Positions 1 through 12,934 are shown, counted from the stretch's first letter. The stretch is DNA of 64,000 nucleotides from Eledone cirrhosa (GCA_964016885.1 OZ024753.1:12090001-12154000); one strand, 5' to 3'. Notes: generated from the sequence alone by a model not told the origin. Program-made: numbers and translations.

Positions 1-23
1 ACTACGTCCTCATCAGATAAAAT
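1..23 (-). ncRNA. Hammerhead core fragment cut by window edge
   Basis: Minus strand ATTTTAT-CTGATGA-GGACGTAGT; same stem-I arm as the intact hammerhead at 33572-33635; remainder lies outside the window. Confidence 0.4.
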
Positions 24-96
24 AATATGATGCATGACATACCGTGACATAGTAGATGGTTAAGATTCAGTCATGGTAGTGATATTGTTTAACTTT

Positions 97-146
<50 letters not shown>

Positions 147-259
147 AAGGATAACAAAATATCGTCAAAGGTAATCCAGTTAGAGGTTGTGAATAGTGGT
201 AGAACACTGGAAGGTAATATCCGTAGTGGTAGAGCACTCAGTCCATGGGACGAGTTAGA

Positions 260-394
260 TAGAAGTGGTTACATAATGTTACTTCACCAAACCGAGAGCA
301 ATTGTTTCACCTTAGCGGATTATGAGCTGAGGATCCGCTAAAGTGAAACAATTGTTCTCGGTATGGTGAACTAACTGTTGTGTAACCAGTTCTA
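260..394. mobile_element. Fold-back element with hammerhead (family A) abutting (TA)n
   Basis: Inverted arms 260-320/333-394; homologous single-arm copy at 12972-13048. Confidence 0.8.
323..360 (+). ncRNA. Minimal type I hammerhead ribozyme (family A)
   Basis: TGAG-CTGAGGA-TCCGCTAAAGT-GAAA-CAATTG-TT-CTCG; stem I TGAG/CTCG, short stem III with palindromic AATT loop; stem II has a mismatch. Confidence 0.7.
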
Positions 395-957
395 TATATA
401 CATATATATATTATATACATATATATATATTATATACATATAAATGCGACAAACACCCAGTACTAACGTTCACACAGAAAAATGTATTCATCACCTCGTG
501 TGCCGTAAGTCAAAAGTGGTGTGAGTGTATTGGTTAGAAACAACAGTCCAACACACGCAACTTGAGGGAGCCGAAATATAAATGAAAGTTAGAGTTAATA
601 ACTTTATTTTATCATTCTGTCTGCTTCATGGTTAAATATTTCAAACAATTGTGGTTTTTCAACCCTCGTAATATTGGACACACGATTTACTGTTTCTTAC
701 TACATATATATTATTATAATGCTCAGTATTTATACTTAGAGCTTATTGATTACAGGGTTTCAGTATGAGTTATTAACTCTAACTTTCATTTATATTTCGG
801 CTCCCTCAAGAGGTGAGCTTACTAAGTTGCGTGTGTTGGACTGTTGTTTCTAACCAATACACTCGCACCACTTTTGACTTACGGCACACGAGGTGATGAA
901 TTCATTTTTCTGTGTGAACGTTAGTACTAGGTGTTTGTCGCATTTAATCAGATTCAG

Positions 958-1031
958 TCGCTGATGATGCCTGTGGATTATCTGTTGCAAACACACTCTG
1001 GGCGAAACAGATTTATCCCTAATCTGTCCGA
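958..1031 (+). ncRNA. Type I hammerhead ribozyme (family B), predicted GUC cleavage after 1028
   Basis: TCG-CTGATGA-T-GCCT...GGGC-GAAA-CAGATT-tatccct-AATCTG-TC-CGA; stems I, II and III all pair. Confidence 0.8.
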
Positions 1032-1195
1032 GAGATATCATAGTTATTGAGGCGGTTTGTATAATATAATTTTATTTTATTTTATCATTGTCTGCTTCAT
1101 GGTTAAATATTTCAAACAATTGTGGTTTTTCAACCCTCGTAATATTGGACACACGATTTACTGTGTTTCTTACTACATATATATTATATTATTAT

Positions 1196-1382
1196 AATTG
1201 TTTCTACTTTAGGCACAAGGCCAGCAAATACCCAGTGCATTACTGGTACTTTATTTTATCGACCCCGTAAGGATGAAAGGCAAAGTCAACCTCGGCGGGA
1301 TTTGAACTCAGATCGTAAAGGGACATAACTATGCTGGAAAGCATGGCGTCCGACCCTCCACCGATACTGCCAATCCACCGCC
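1196..1382 (-). mobile_element. tRNA-derived SINE, family 1
   Basis: A box TGGCAGTATCGGT, B box GAGTTCAAATCC, body GCCTTTCATCCTTACGGGGTCGATAAAATAAAGTACCAG; about 35 copies in window. Confidence 0.9.
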
Positions 1383-1451
1383 TTGCTCAGTATTTATACT
1401 TAGAGCTTATTGATTACGGGGTTTCACTATGAGTTATTAACTCTAACTTTC

Positions 1452-1486
<35 letters not shown>

Positions 1487-1490
<4 letters not shown>

Positions 1491-1672
1491 AACGAGTAGG
1501 ACCCCGACGGCTGACCTCAAGCCGTTTCGACGGCTAGTCCGCAATTACTCGTCGAAACGGATTGAGCTCAGCCGTCGGGGTCCTACTAGTTCCTATTACC
1601 CACTCTACTACCCTAAGTATTGAGTACTTTGGTGCGTTATGGTCCACCTGGTTCCTTACCACATTTCCTTCG

Positions 1673-1674
<2 letters not shown>
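1487..1674 (+). mobile_element. Fold-back element family C in (TA)n, with 3' half of a hammerhead
   Basis: Arms about 1487-1531/1550-1595; GAAA-CGG.T...AGCCG-TC; homologs at 3975-4183 and 46815-46994. Confidence 0.8.
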
Positions 1675-1712
<38 letters not shown>

Positions 1713-2063
1713 CCAACCATAGACATTAAGTTAAAATATATACCCGATAGATATATTTCAGCTCAATATTTTCAATCTACCTCTAATTGAACTAAAACTT
1801 TTATATAATTCTCTACATGTTTTCTTAATTAAATAATACAGGTTGCAACAAATCGATTAAACGAATTCACGAGCCGTTAAAATCCTGTTTTCATCAACTG
1901 AATTATGTATTCATCCAAGTAAGAGAGTAGTAATTAATGATAATGACTCCATTATATCTGGTTAATTGATTAATTGGTCAAAACAAAATAGGAAATTTTA
2001 GTCTTTTGTGTTAACTAGTTCCCTTTCATGTTTTGTGAATTTTGGCTCCTAAACTATCACTAT

Positions 2064-3210
<1,147 letters not shown>

Positions 3211-3626
3211 AGGGGTGTGTTTAATTTGATTCAATATTCTGACCATTATCTTGGAAGCGATTTTAGTGAAGTTTTTAACCCACTGAAATTATGAAAAATA
3301 AAAAAACTGCAGCCCACTCTGATGAACCCGTTAATGGCGGCTGTGTACAGTTAATATATGTACTTAATGCCAAGCAAAGCATGACTGATATAGATGCAAC
3401 GTTGATTTCCCGTTAATCGAGTTTTCATGTTAGTACAAGATACTAGAAACAAACTATCAAGTTATATCAATGTAAACTATAAAGTTATATCGAAATTTAA
3501 AAAGTAAAATCAGAAAGACTATACCAATGGTGATCGAACTCAATTGATTAAGTATAGAAACGGTTTAAGAATGCCGCCTACACTAAAGGGAATTTTAACA
3601 CTAATCTCCCATATATGTATATATAT

Positions 3627-3826
3627 AATGTATAATAAACAATACAATATAATTACCTCATTACCAGAGCTTTCCTGAATAAGACGAATACAAGAAACGT
3701 CCGCATTCGTTCGTCAGACAAGATAATTGCCTTGTCTGACGAACGAATGCGGTCGTTTCTTGTATTCGTCTTATTCGGGAAACCTCTGGTAATGAGGTAA
3801 TTATATTGTATTGTTTATTATACATT
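3627..3826. mobile_element. Fold-back element (family D), 96-bp arms, degenerate hammerhead in each arm
   Basis: Arms 3627-3722/3731-3826, 8-nt loop; CTGACGA 3736-3742, GAAA-CCTC-tggtaat-GAGG-TA 3779-3799; stem I weak. Confidence 0.75.
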
Positions 3827-3918
3827 CAATTTAGCTCTGTAACTTACATAGAGCACTCTTCAGACCTACGACTTTTTCAATTTTCAACGGAAACTTCAAT
3901 AATCATATATATACATAC

Positions 3919-3974
<56 letters not shown>

Positions 3975-3978
<4 letters not shown>

Positions 3979-4179
3979 AGAGTCAGGACCCCGACGGGTG
4001 AGCACCGGCCGTTTCGACCGCTGAGCACCGGCCGTTTTGACCGTTAGATCCGTTCGGATATAGTAGCTGTTGAAACGGTCGGAGCTCAGCCGTCGGGAGT
4101 TCCTGACTCTTTTCCTATTACCCATTCTAGTGTCGAGTGCCGCCTTATGGTGCACTTGATTTCTTATCACACTTTCTTT

Positions 4180-4183
<4 letters not shown>
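3975..4183 (+). mobile_element. Fold-back element family C (diverged) in (TA)n
   Basis: Arms about 3976-4020/4068-4113; similar to 1487-1674; (TA)n on both sides. Confidence 0.75.
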
Positions 4184-4220
<37 letters not shown>

Positions 4221-4729
4221 GACACGCATACTTTGAGATTGGATGCATGCCCTGTGGGTTTTGCTTGATCCACAAATCTGGTGAGGTGATTGGGGCTGTA
4301 GTCGAGTATATACCACAATTATGCATCTTGATCCACCAATCTGTGTAACGTTTGTAAATGAGCATAATCAATCAAAACCTATGTGAAACTTCAATCTTCA
4401 ACTTCATTTCGTTTTTCTTGATATCTGTATATATATGTGTGTGTATGAATGTGTGTGTGTGAGTGAGTGAGTGTGTGTACGTGTAGCTAAAATATTCGTG
4501 ATGGGGAAATAGGAAGAAGGAAAACAGTGCTCGTTCTAGTTTGACAAGTGCTAATTATATATTTTAGTTAAGTTCATAGACAGAACAGGAAAGCGATTTC
4601 AGGGTTGTTTTTGGCCCTCTCCTCACATTATGCACGGGGGTGCAGAATGCGTGGAGGAGAGATCAGAATCGTCTGGGTCACGACTTTGATCTCACCTGCA
4701 CACATTCTACTCCGCAGTTTTTTTTACAC

Positions 4730-5265
4730 ATTTCCTCGTGTATATACGCATTCTATTCCACGTGTTTATACATATTTCATAGTCTATATACGCATTTTAT
4801 TCCACGTGTTTCTACATATTTCATAGTCTATATACGCATTTTATTCCGCGTATTTCTACATATTTCATAGTCTATATACGCATTTTATTCCGCGTATTTC
4901 TACATATTTCATAGTCTATATACGCATTTTATTCCGCGTGTTTCTACATATTTCATAGTCTATATACGCATTTTATTCCGCGTGTTTCTATATATTTTAT
5001 AGTCTATATACGCATTTTATTCTACGTGTTTATACATATTTCATAGTCTATATACGCATTTTATTCCGCATGTTTATACATATATAATAGTCTATATACG
5101 CATTTTATTCCGCATGTTTATACATATTTCATAGTCTATATACGCATTTTATTCCGCGTGTTTATACATATTTCATAGACTATATACGCATTTTATTCCG
5201 CGTGTTTATACATATTTCATAGTCTATATACGCATTTTATTCCGCGTGTTTATACATATTTCATT
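4730..5265. repeat. 44-bp minisatellite, about 12 copies
   Basis: Unit ATATTTCATAGTCTATATACGCATTTTATTCCGCGTGTTTATAC; starts at 4772, 4816 etc. Confidence 0.95.
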
Positions 5266-6884
5266 GTGTATATTCACATTCTACTCCGCAGTATCTATAA
5301 CCATTTATCATCTTTATACACACTCTGCTCCGCCGTGTTTATACATATTGTATCGTGTATATACTTATTACTTAGTTTGTAAACACATAGGTTATTTACC
5401 TGTGTATGTTATCTCCGAAATTACATGTCGTCTGAATTTATGTATTACTACACACAATGTCTTTTGTATATATTTATTTGTCTCATAGATGGAACTAATA
5501 AACTAAATATACCAAATCTTCAAATCATTCAAGTAACTGAGATGAATATATAAATACAAATCACAGGCTTCGGTTCTGTTTATAATTTCTTTTTCGTAGC
5601 AAATACAATGATTTTGATAATAATATTAAGACATTTTTTTCTTATTCATCTAAATATCTGATAAAAATATTCATATATATATAATGGAAGTGTGTTTTGT
5701 TTATGTTACATTCTATATGGAATCATAACAAGTCTGAAAATATGTATATCGTATTTTTATAAAGCTAGAAGGTATGGTCTTGTCTCCGGCTAAACAAAAC
5801 GTCTACCGTTTAAGATATTAATAATGCAAGATCCGGGAGTTCTATCATAGGGTTTGCCTTGACAAAATTGACGGTGACCTCAGATCGTCTGCTCAACTAA
5901 ATCAGGTGAGAACGAGGTCTAAACCAAACGTATCTATTAGTGTATTGGCATAAGCCAATATAAAGAAATGGTAGAAAGAGAGCATAAATCTCCCCCAATT
6001 CAGAATCTTACCCTCTAAAAATTTAAACGTCACTCGATAACCTCAATCTAGAGATTTTTAGAAAAGTGTATAGCAATATTTTGAAAGAGTTCGTCCACTG
6101 TTATCCACTATTAGGACTTGTTTATGGCAAAACAACAGAAGCAGTATCGTGATTTATATGTATCCTCGCACACTCACGATGAATATATTACTTTTCTCGG
6201 CTGCATTATCTATTGTAACGATCACATAAATATTGCTTGATCCTCCAATCTATCTAGTTCCAGATGCAAAAGCCTAACATTATACACAGCAGTCTGTATA
6301 ATTTATCATAGATTATCTTTTATACTTGTCACACGCCAAAGCGCAAGGTATTAGAGTAACATAGGTCTTCGTAACTACTACATCAATACTAACATACGCT
6401 CACCTACAGACGTTAGTATTTAGACATAAAGCAGCTCTGTCTATAAACACACAAGGCCACTCTCACACAAACACTCAGTTTAGTTTACCTTCATTAAAAT
6501 ATATTCTAAAGGCAACACTCTAGGAATATTTATCTGAACGAAAAGTGAATTTCGAAGCATTTTTATTACATTTTATTATAGAAAAAAATCCTTTCCTCTT
6601 TCTCTCTCTCTCTCTCCCCTTCTTTCTCTCTTTCTTTCTCTATTTCTCTCTCTCCCCCTCTCTCTCTCCCTCTCTCTCTCCATATATATATATATATATA
6701 TATAGTAATAATAGTAATAATAGTAAATGTGAAGACAAAAATCAAAAGAGAGCTCGATAAGGATAAATATATATCAAATATATAAGAACCGTAGAGCAAA
6801 TATTTATTAAAATAACAGATTTAAGTTTAAGCAAAGAATTTATATATATATATATATATATATATAAATGGTAAAAGGTAAATA

Positions 6885-7168
6885 CTCCCATCGAGGCAAA
6901 AGTCCGGGCAAGATTGTTTGTGGAAGAGCAGTAGTCGTCCATACATACCAGCCTCCCCTCTCCACGCCACTGATGATATCCAAGGGAAAGGTAATGTCTG
7001 ATACAGCTTGGCACCAGTGACGTCGCAACTCATTTTGTCAGCTGAGTAAACCTGGAGCAACGTGAAATAAAGTGTCTTGCTCAAGGACAGAAGGCATCAC
7101 CCGGTCCGAGAATCGAACTCACAACCTCCCGATTGCAACGCTCTAACCCTAAGCCATGTGCTTTCACT
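6885..7168 (-). mobile_element. tRNA-derived CORE-type SINE, family 2
   Basis: Head TGGCTTAGGGTTAGAG...GAGTTCGATTCTC, then GTCCTTGAGCAAGACACTTTATTTCACGTTGCTCCAG resembling the CORE domain. Confidence 0.75.
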
Positions 7169-7946
7169 TCAAGCATTATTTAGCTACCTATTCATCTATC
7201 AACATCTCTCTTTCTCTCTCTCTCTCCTGAATATATTTCGTATTTAACAATGTTTTGTTTTAAATGTATTCCACCTATTTATGCCTAAGATGAGTAAAAT
7301 TGCTCCGCTACTGTTGTGCTTTCATTTCTGCAATTGTGAGAAAGATATTCTTGTGTGTCTGTTGCTGTGCGTACACTCATGTCTTTCAATTCAGATTATT
7401 GTTTCGAAAACTAATAATAGTTTATCCTTCCTTTCATTGTGATAACCTTTTTAAATCTGGTCATTTGTTTTGACAACAATTACTGAGTCTAACATTACCA
7501 CAAATAAAATGACATCATATTTCTACTGCAGCTGAGACTATCAACCTACAACACATGAAACTATTAATACATGTTTTTTTGCTAGAAACAAATGAAGTGT
7601 TAAAATATTTAAAGATAACCTCCTTATGAGAGCAACGGCCTATAGTCAAGAAATATGTTTAAAAAGAAAGAAAATCTAATTGAGTTATTAATATCACCTT
7701 GGCTATGAAAACAGATGTGAGTAAATCGGACAAAAACAGAGGCGTACATAGAATTGAATGAACAAAATAAAAGGGCTTGATACGATTTGTTTTCTGAGAT
7801 GGACCTCTTAGTGTTGAAATGTTTGTTTTCAAAATGCAAAATATTGAGGGCAGCTAATGTTGAACTTGGTGCCAGAATATTTCTTTATTGTTTCAATTTA
7901 TAGGTTTCTGATATAAGAATCCATATATGTTACCATTAAACGCAAA

Positions 7947-8710
7947 CTTATCCGCCACCCTGACCCACGATAGATGCAGATGTTTCGGCTACCCTGTTAC
8001 ACCTTAGATGCACACTTACCCTTACCCTACCCTGATACACGTTAGAGGCATACTTACCCGCTACTCTGATTCACGGTAGAGGCACACTTACCCACTCTCC
8101 TGATTCACGTGAAATGCACGCCTACCCATTACTCGGATTTACGTTAAATGCACACTTACCCGCTACCCGGTTTCATGCTCTTCCTGCAGACTTACCCGCT
8201 ACCCTGATTCACGTTAGAGGCGCGCTTACACGCTACCCTGATTCACGTTAGAGGCGCACTTACCCGCTACCCTGATTCACGTTAGAGGCGCACTTACACG
8301 CTAGCCTGATTCACGTTAGAGGCGCGCTTACACGCTAGCCTGATTCACGTTAGAGGCGCACTTACACGCTAGCCTGATTCACGTTAGAGGCGCGCTTACA
8401 CGCTAGCCTGATTCACGTTAGAGGCGCGCTTACACGCTACCCTGATTCACGTTAGAGGCGCGCTTACCCGCTAACCTGATTCACGTTAGAGGCGCGCTTA
8501 CCCGCTAACCTGATTCACGTTAGAGGCGCGCTTACACGCTACCCTGATTCACGTTAGAGGCGCGCTTACCCGCTACCCTGATTCACGTTAGAGGCGCGCT
8601 TACCCGCTACCCTGATTCACGTTAGAGGCGCACTTACCCGCTACCCTGATTCACGTTTTCATGCACACCTAGCCGCTGCCATGTATCACGTTTCAATGCA
8701 CCTTATACCC
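7947..8710. repeat. 34-bp GC-rich minisatellite, about 22 copies
   Basis: Unit CTTACCCGCTACCCTGATTCACGTTAGAGGCGCG; starts at 8191, 8225; degenerate at both edges. Confidence 0.95.
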
Positions 8711-8819
8711 TCTTACCAAACGTAATTCGAAAGTTATGAGTGGAAGGAATTATTTACTTATTTATTATACAAGCAATGTTGTCAGGTTATTGGAATAAAT
8801 CCTGAGTATATTAAAACAT

Positions 8820-8919
8820 GGTTAACTTTGCCTTTCATCCTTACGGGGTCGATAAAATAAAGTACCAGTAATGCACTGATTTATTGCTGGCCTCGTGCCA
8901 TAAGTAGAAACAATTATTA
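8820..8919 (+). mobile_element. SINE family 1, 5'-truncated
   Basis: 3' half of consensus. Confidence 0.85.
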
Positions 8920-10074
8920 CATTTGGTCATTATTTCTGGAAGATGTGTAAACAATTGTAGCTGGGGAAGTGTTTTCAGTGATTCTTATTTTTATTATGTC
9001 CCTTTCTATCTCCTTCCTTGTTTCTGCTTCAATATCTCAGTTTATTTAGGTTTATTTCTCTCGTAATGTGACAATTCATTGTGTTTATTATGATGTGTGC
9101 AATCAAGAGTATATATTTGCTGTTGTTAGGGAGCTTCTGTAGTAAATAGCTACCTTATGTGCTTTTTTAGGTTTTGTCTTTCTATTTAGTTTTGTGATTG
9201 TTTCGTTTTTTTTTTTTCATGCTGTCCGTTCTGTAAGGATTTTCTCTAGTGTCGTTACGATTCATGTATTCGTTTGCGTCACACATTGATTCCTGAGAAG
9301 CATATCATTTTCGGTTGCTTTTTCTTTCTTATTTAAAGGATTATATATACTATCAGTCCGTCTATAATTCACCATTTTTCTTCTGAGATACGCTTATATA
9401 CTTTATTATATATGTGTTAATATTCACTAATAAATCTGGATTTAATTTTTGTTCTTATGTTTTCTTTTTGACTTCTCTGGAATTGGAATTCGACGTGCCT
9501 TTTATAATGTCAATATACTACCACCGGTGTTGCAACGCTAAATATGTTTTTGTTTTCGTTTCGTTTCCTCACTCACTACTACGTTTGTTTTATTCTGGTA
9601 TACGCCAGCAGTATGGAAGCGTGATTTTTAATGGCAATCAACAGTTTGAGAAGAAACGAGGCGCAACGATCATGTTACGCGTGCTTCGTAGCATTTTCTC
9701 AATAAACTACGACAATGGAACTCCTCATAAATCCTGAACCACAAGGCAGGTATTCTATTTTATCGGTGTTTGTAATTGTGTTAACGGTTGGGGTGCTTTA
9801 TAGTATTGAACTATTTTGTAACTTGTATTTGTATTGCTTAGTTTATTAGAGTCGCTTTTCCATGGTTGTTCTGAAAGAGCGAAGTTAAAGTCTAACTAAA
9901 CACTATTTTTTGGAATAATCTTAAAGGAAAAGATAGCATCACTTTCTGCTCGGTGTGTAAAGTCTACTACGAAAGTCAATCATGTCAGAGGGATTTCGCC
10001 TATTCTTTTTTTTTTTTTTTTGCGTGATCCTCGATGTTAAACCATCCAGTATGCCATTTATCAAAAAAGATTTT

Positions 10075-10250
10075 TCTTTCTTTTTCTTCTTCGCCTTCTT
10101 CATCTCCTTCTTCTTCGCCTTTTTCTTCTTTGCCTTCGCTTTCTCCTTCTTTGCCTTCGCTTTCTCCTTCTTGTTCTTCTTGTTCTTCTTCTTCTTGTTC
10201 TTCTTGTTCTTCTTGTTCTTCTTGTTCTTTTTCTTCTTTTTCTTCTTTTT
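10075..10250. repeat. (TTC/TTG)n trinucleotide tract
   Basis: Directly visible. Confidence 0.9.
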
Positions 10251-10619
10251 CATATGTTTTGTCTTCTTTTCCTCCGTCTTACCGAGTATTACAATGGCTT
10301 CACATACAACATTATGACAATACACTACTGCATTTCTTCTGTGGTCACATCAAACTTGCACATCGGCACAGTTTTCCATCTCACACTGGCTCTGCCAAAG
10401 TTTACCCTCTCGAAGATCTTGTATTTTCTGGTATTCTACAGGATTCTCTGGATATGGGAAAGGGCTGGATACCTAAAAATGTTCATATTTGCCAACGTGG
10501 TCGCCGTTGAATTGATCGGCATTTTGACAAAACGTCTCTGGGCGTTTGCATCGTAGCATTTTAAGTTGCAAGTCCGTATTTAATGATAGACTTTAACGGT
10601 GGACTCTGTACTACATCTA

Positions 10620-10945
10620 CTGAGATAGGGTTCTGTTTCGACCAAGACTTGCTTGAAGACAACAATGTGACTGATTTTCAGGAAAGTGATAGTGTGTGGT
10701 GGGATTTAACACATGATATCATTAGGATGGCATTAGTGAAAGGCGTGATTAAAAACAGAACGCGTATATATCTATCTCGCGACACTGGATGGGTTTCTTG
10801 TATCAAGGAAGCAAGTGTAAAAACTATTATTGAGGGGAGGATGGTATACTATCAGTTAATGTGCTTGAGATAAATTATACTGGACCGTGTTTTAGTGTTT
10901 CAGACCTGAGGACGAAATAAGCAAGTAAGCCGAACAGGCTCAATA
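10620..10945 (+). mobile_element. Possible Penelope-like GIY-YIG endonuclease C-terminal remnant followed by a decayed hammerhead core
   Basis: Peptide LLEDNNVTDFQESDSV...RMALVKGVIKNRTRIYLSRDTGW resembles the PLE end motif H..E.NH..DF...R.L.E..I...NRD.G; CTGAGGA at 10906-10912. Confidence 0.4.
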
Positions 10946-10999
10946 TTTCCCAGCTCAAACATTTCTGCCACCATATTCAACGTGTATGAATAAGAATAT

Positions 11000-11185
11000 C
11001 CTTCCTCTTCTTCGCCAAATTTTTTCTGAGAGGGTTTTGGGGACAGTCCTCAAAAACTCCCTCCAGTGGGTCCTGCCAGAAGCAGCCGTCTCCAGCCTAT
11101 CCAAGCGTGACCAGCCAAGCCTATAGATGTTATCCAACTATCTTGCTGGGGTTATTGTTGGACGAATTTTCCGGGGGAAATCCAT
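11000..11185 (-). mobile_element. RTE-clade LINE 3' stub with (GAA) tail
   Basis: LDNIYRLGWSRLDRLETAASGRTHWREFL; related stubs at 15845, 19676, 24570, 51905. Confidence 0.65.
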
Positions 11186-11232
11186 AAGAATGTCAATAAT
11201 CAAATATGTTTTCAATATTTATGGAACATATA

Positions 11233-11973
11233 CAGGGTGGTCCAAAAAGATGAATCTATTTTTGATAAAGTAGCATTTTCTATTGAAAGGAAAATTTTAC
11301 AATTTTTTTCATAGACCTGTCTTACAGACATGTAAGTTTTGTGTGGTGTAAGTTTTTTCCTCGCATACCACCATTTTCCGAGCACAGCTTAATAGTTTAT
11401 AATGTGCTTGATCCAAGCTCCTTGCCGTTGATTCACTGTGGCTATTCGCACATTGAAGTTTGTGATGTGATTTTCTGTCCTGTCCGACCGTGCCGGTCAC
11501 TGCGACCTTTAATGTTATCCTGTACACTTCTCTTCTCTCTGAATTTGTCCAGGAGGCGCTTTATTGTGAGTCTGGTTGTCCAAATTCAACGACAATTTCG
11601 GAGGGACTTTCCAGGGAGAAACGCTCCAACTAGACTCACAATAAAACGCCCTCTGGACACATTAAGGGAGAAAGGAAGTGTACAGGATAGCAGTAAAGGT
11701 CGCAGTGGCCGACACGGTCAGTCAGGATAGAAAATCACATCACATCACAAACTTCAATGTGCGAGTAGCCACAGTGAATCAACGCCAAGGAGCTTGTATC
11801 GAGCACATTATAAACTATTGAGCTGTGTTTGCAAAATGGTGGTATGCGAGGAAAGAACTTACACCACACAACACTTACATGTCTGTAAGACATGAACAGA
11901 AAATTATAAAGTGTTCCTTTCATTAGAAAATGCTACTTTATCAAAAATGGATACAGCTTTTTGGACTACCCTG
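11233..11973. mobile_element. Tc1/mariner-derived fold-back element with transposase remnants
   Basis: TA-CAGGGTGGTCCAAAAA ... TTTTTGGACTACCCTG-TA; arms 11233-11578/11627-11973; peptides QRQFRRDFPGRNAPTRLTIKR..KGSVQD..KGRSGR and NVRVATVNQRQGACIEHIINY*. Confidence 0.85.
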
Positions 11974-12484
11974 TACTTCCCATATCCTTCTCATGAAAAC
12001 ATCAGTGGACAACGAGATCAAAGATTTTAAGGTATGACAAGGACTATCTTATGATTACAAATGGCGATGTATATCTCTACAAGGCGGCAAATCCTTTTAT
12101 TAACTGAACTAATTATGACTACGTGTATTACTAGTAGAGGATAGTATACCCAGACCCTAATTATTGTGTACTATCTCGTAAGTAGAAATAACTGTTTCTA
12201 CTTTAGGCACAAGGCTAGCAATTACCCAGTGCATTACTGGTAAACGATAAGAAAAAACATTTTCATTTTAGTCATAGTTGGTTCTGTGTTAGTATTCATT
12301 ACTATATTTATTTCACCAGTCTTTTGTATGTTTAAGAACTCCATTCTCTGTCTACTGTGTATATGTGATGGGTATATACCGCAATTTATCGTATCTTATT
12401 TCAAATTATCTTCTAATTTGACAAGGCATAATATATATGATGTGCTCAATTATGTCATTTCTGAATATTGTAAGTAAACAAGAT

Positions 12485-12600
12485 ATATATAATATAATAT
12501 AATATGTATATATGTACATATATGAATATATATATGTATATGTATATATGTACATATATGTATATATATATATATATTTAGATATGTATATATATGTACA

Positions 12601-12650
<50 letters not shown>

Positions 12651-12651
12651 G

Positions 12652-12682
<31 letters not shown>

Positions 12683-12694
12683 TGTATGTATATG

Positions 12695-12726
<32 letters not shown>

Positions 12727-12934
12727 TATATTTAGATATGTATGTATGTATGTATGTATGTATATGTATGTATATGTATATATATATATGTATGTATATA
12801 TATATGTGTATGTATATATATATATGTATGTATATATATATATGTATGTATATATATATATGTATGTATATATATATATGTATGTATGTATGTATTTATA
12901 TATGTATGTATTTATATATATATGTATGTATTTA

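Larger units (their letters stand above)
441..1458 (+). mobile_element. Retrozyme-like / non-autonomous Penelope-like element (family B): inverted 5' arm plus 1.4 copies of a 471-bp unit
   Basis: Inverted arms 441-603/768-946; direct repeat 604-797 and 1077-1458 (offset 471, second copy interrupted by a SINE); hammerhead between the repeats; TA-rich tracts on both sides. Confidence 0.75.

Noticed and set aside
3319-3350. CTGATGA as hammerhead core (similar isolated matches at 20178, 20197, 42040)
   Set aside because: No correctly placed GAAA and stem III
7947-8710. 34-bp repeats as a CRISPR array (also the 44-bp array at 4730 and 31-bp array at 17589)
   Set aside because: Head-to-tail units with no unique spacers, no cas genes, eukaryotic context
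9939-10510. Lys-rich or Ser/Cys-rich ORFs (also 18922-19113)
   Set aside because: Products of (TTC)n tracts
10390-10615. CR1/L2-like remnant on minus strand (SIQRR motif)
   Set aside because: Too degraded to support without a search
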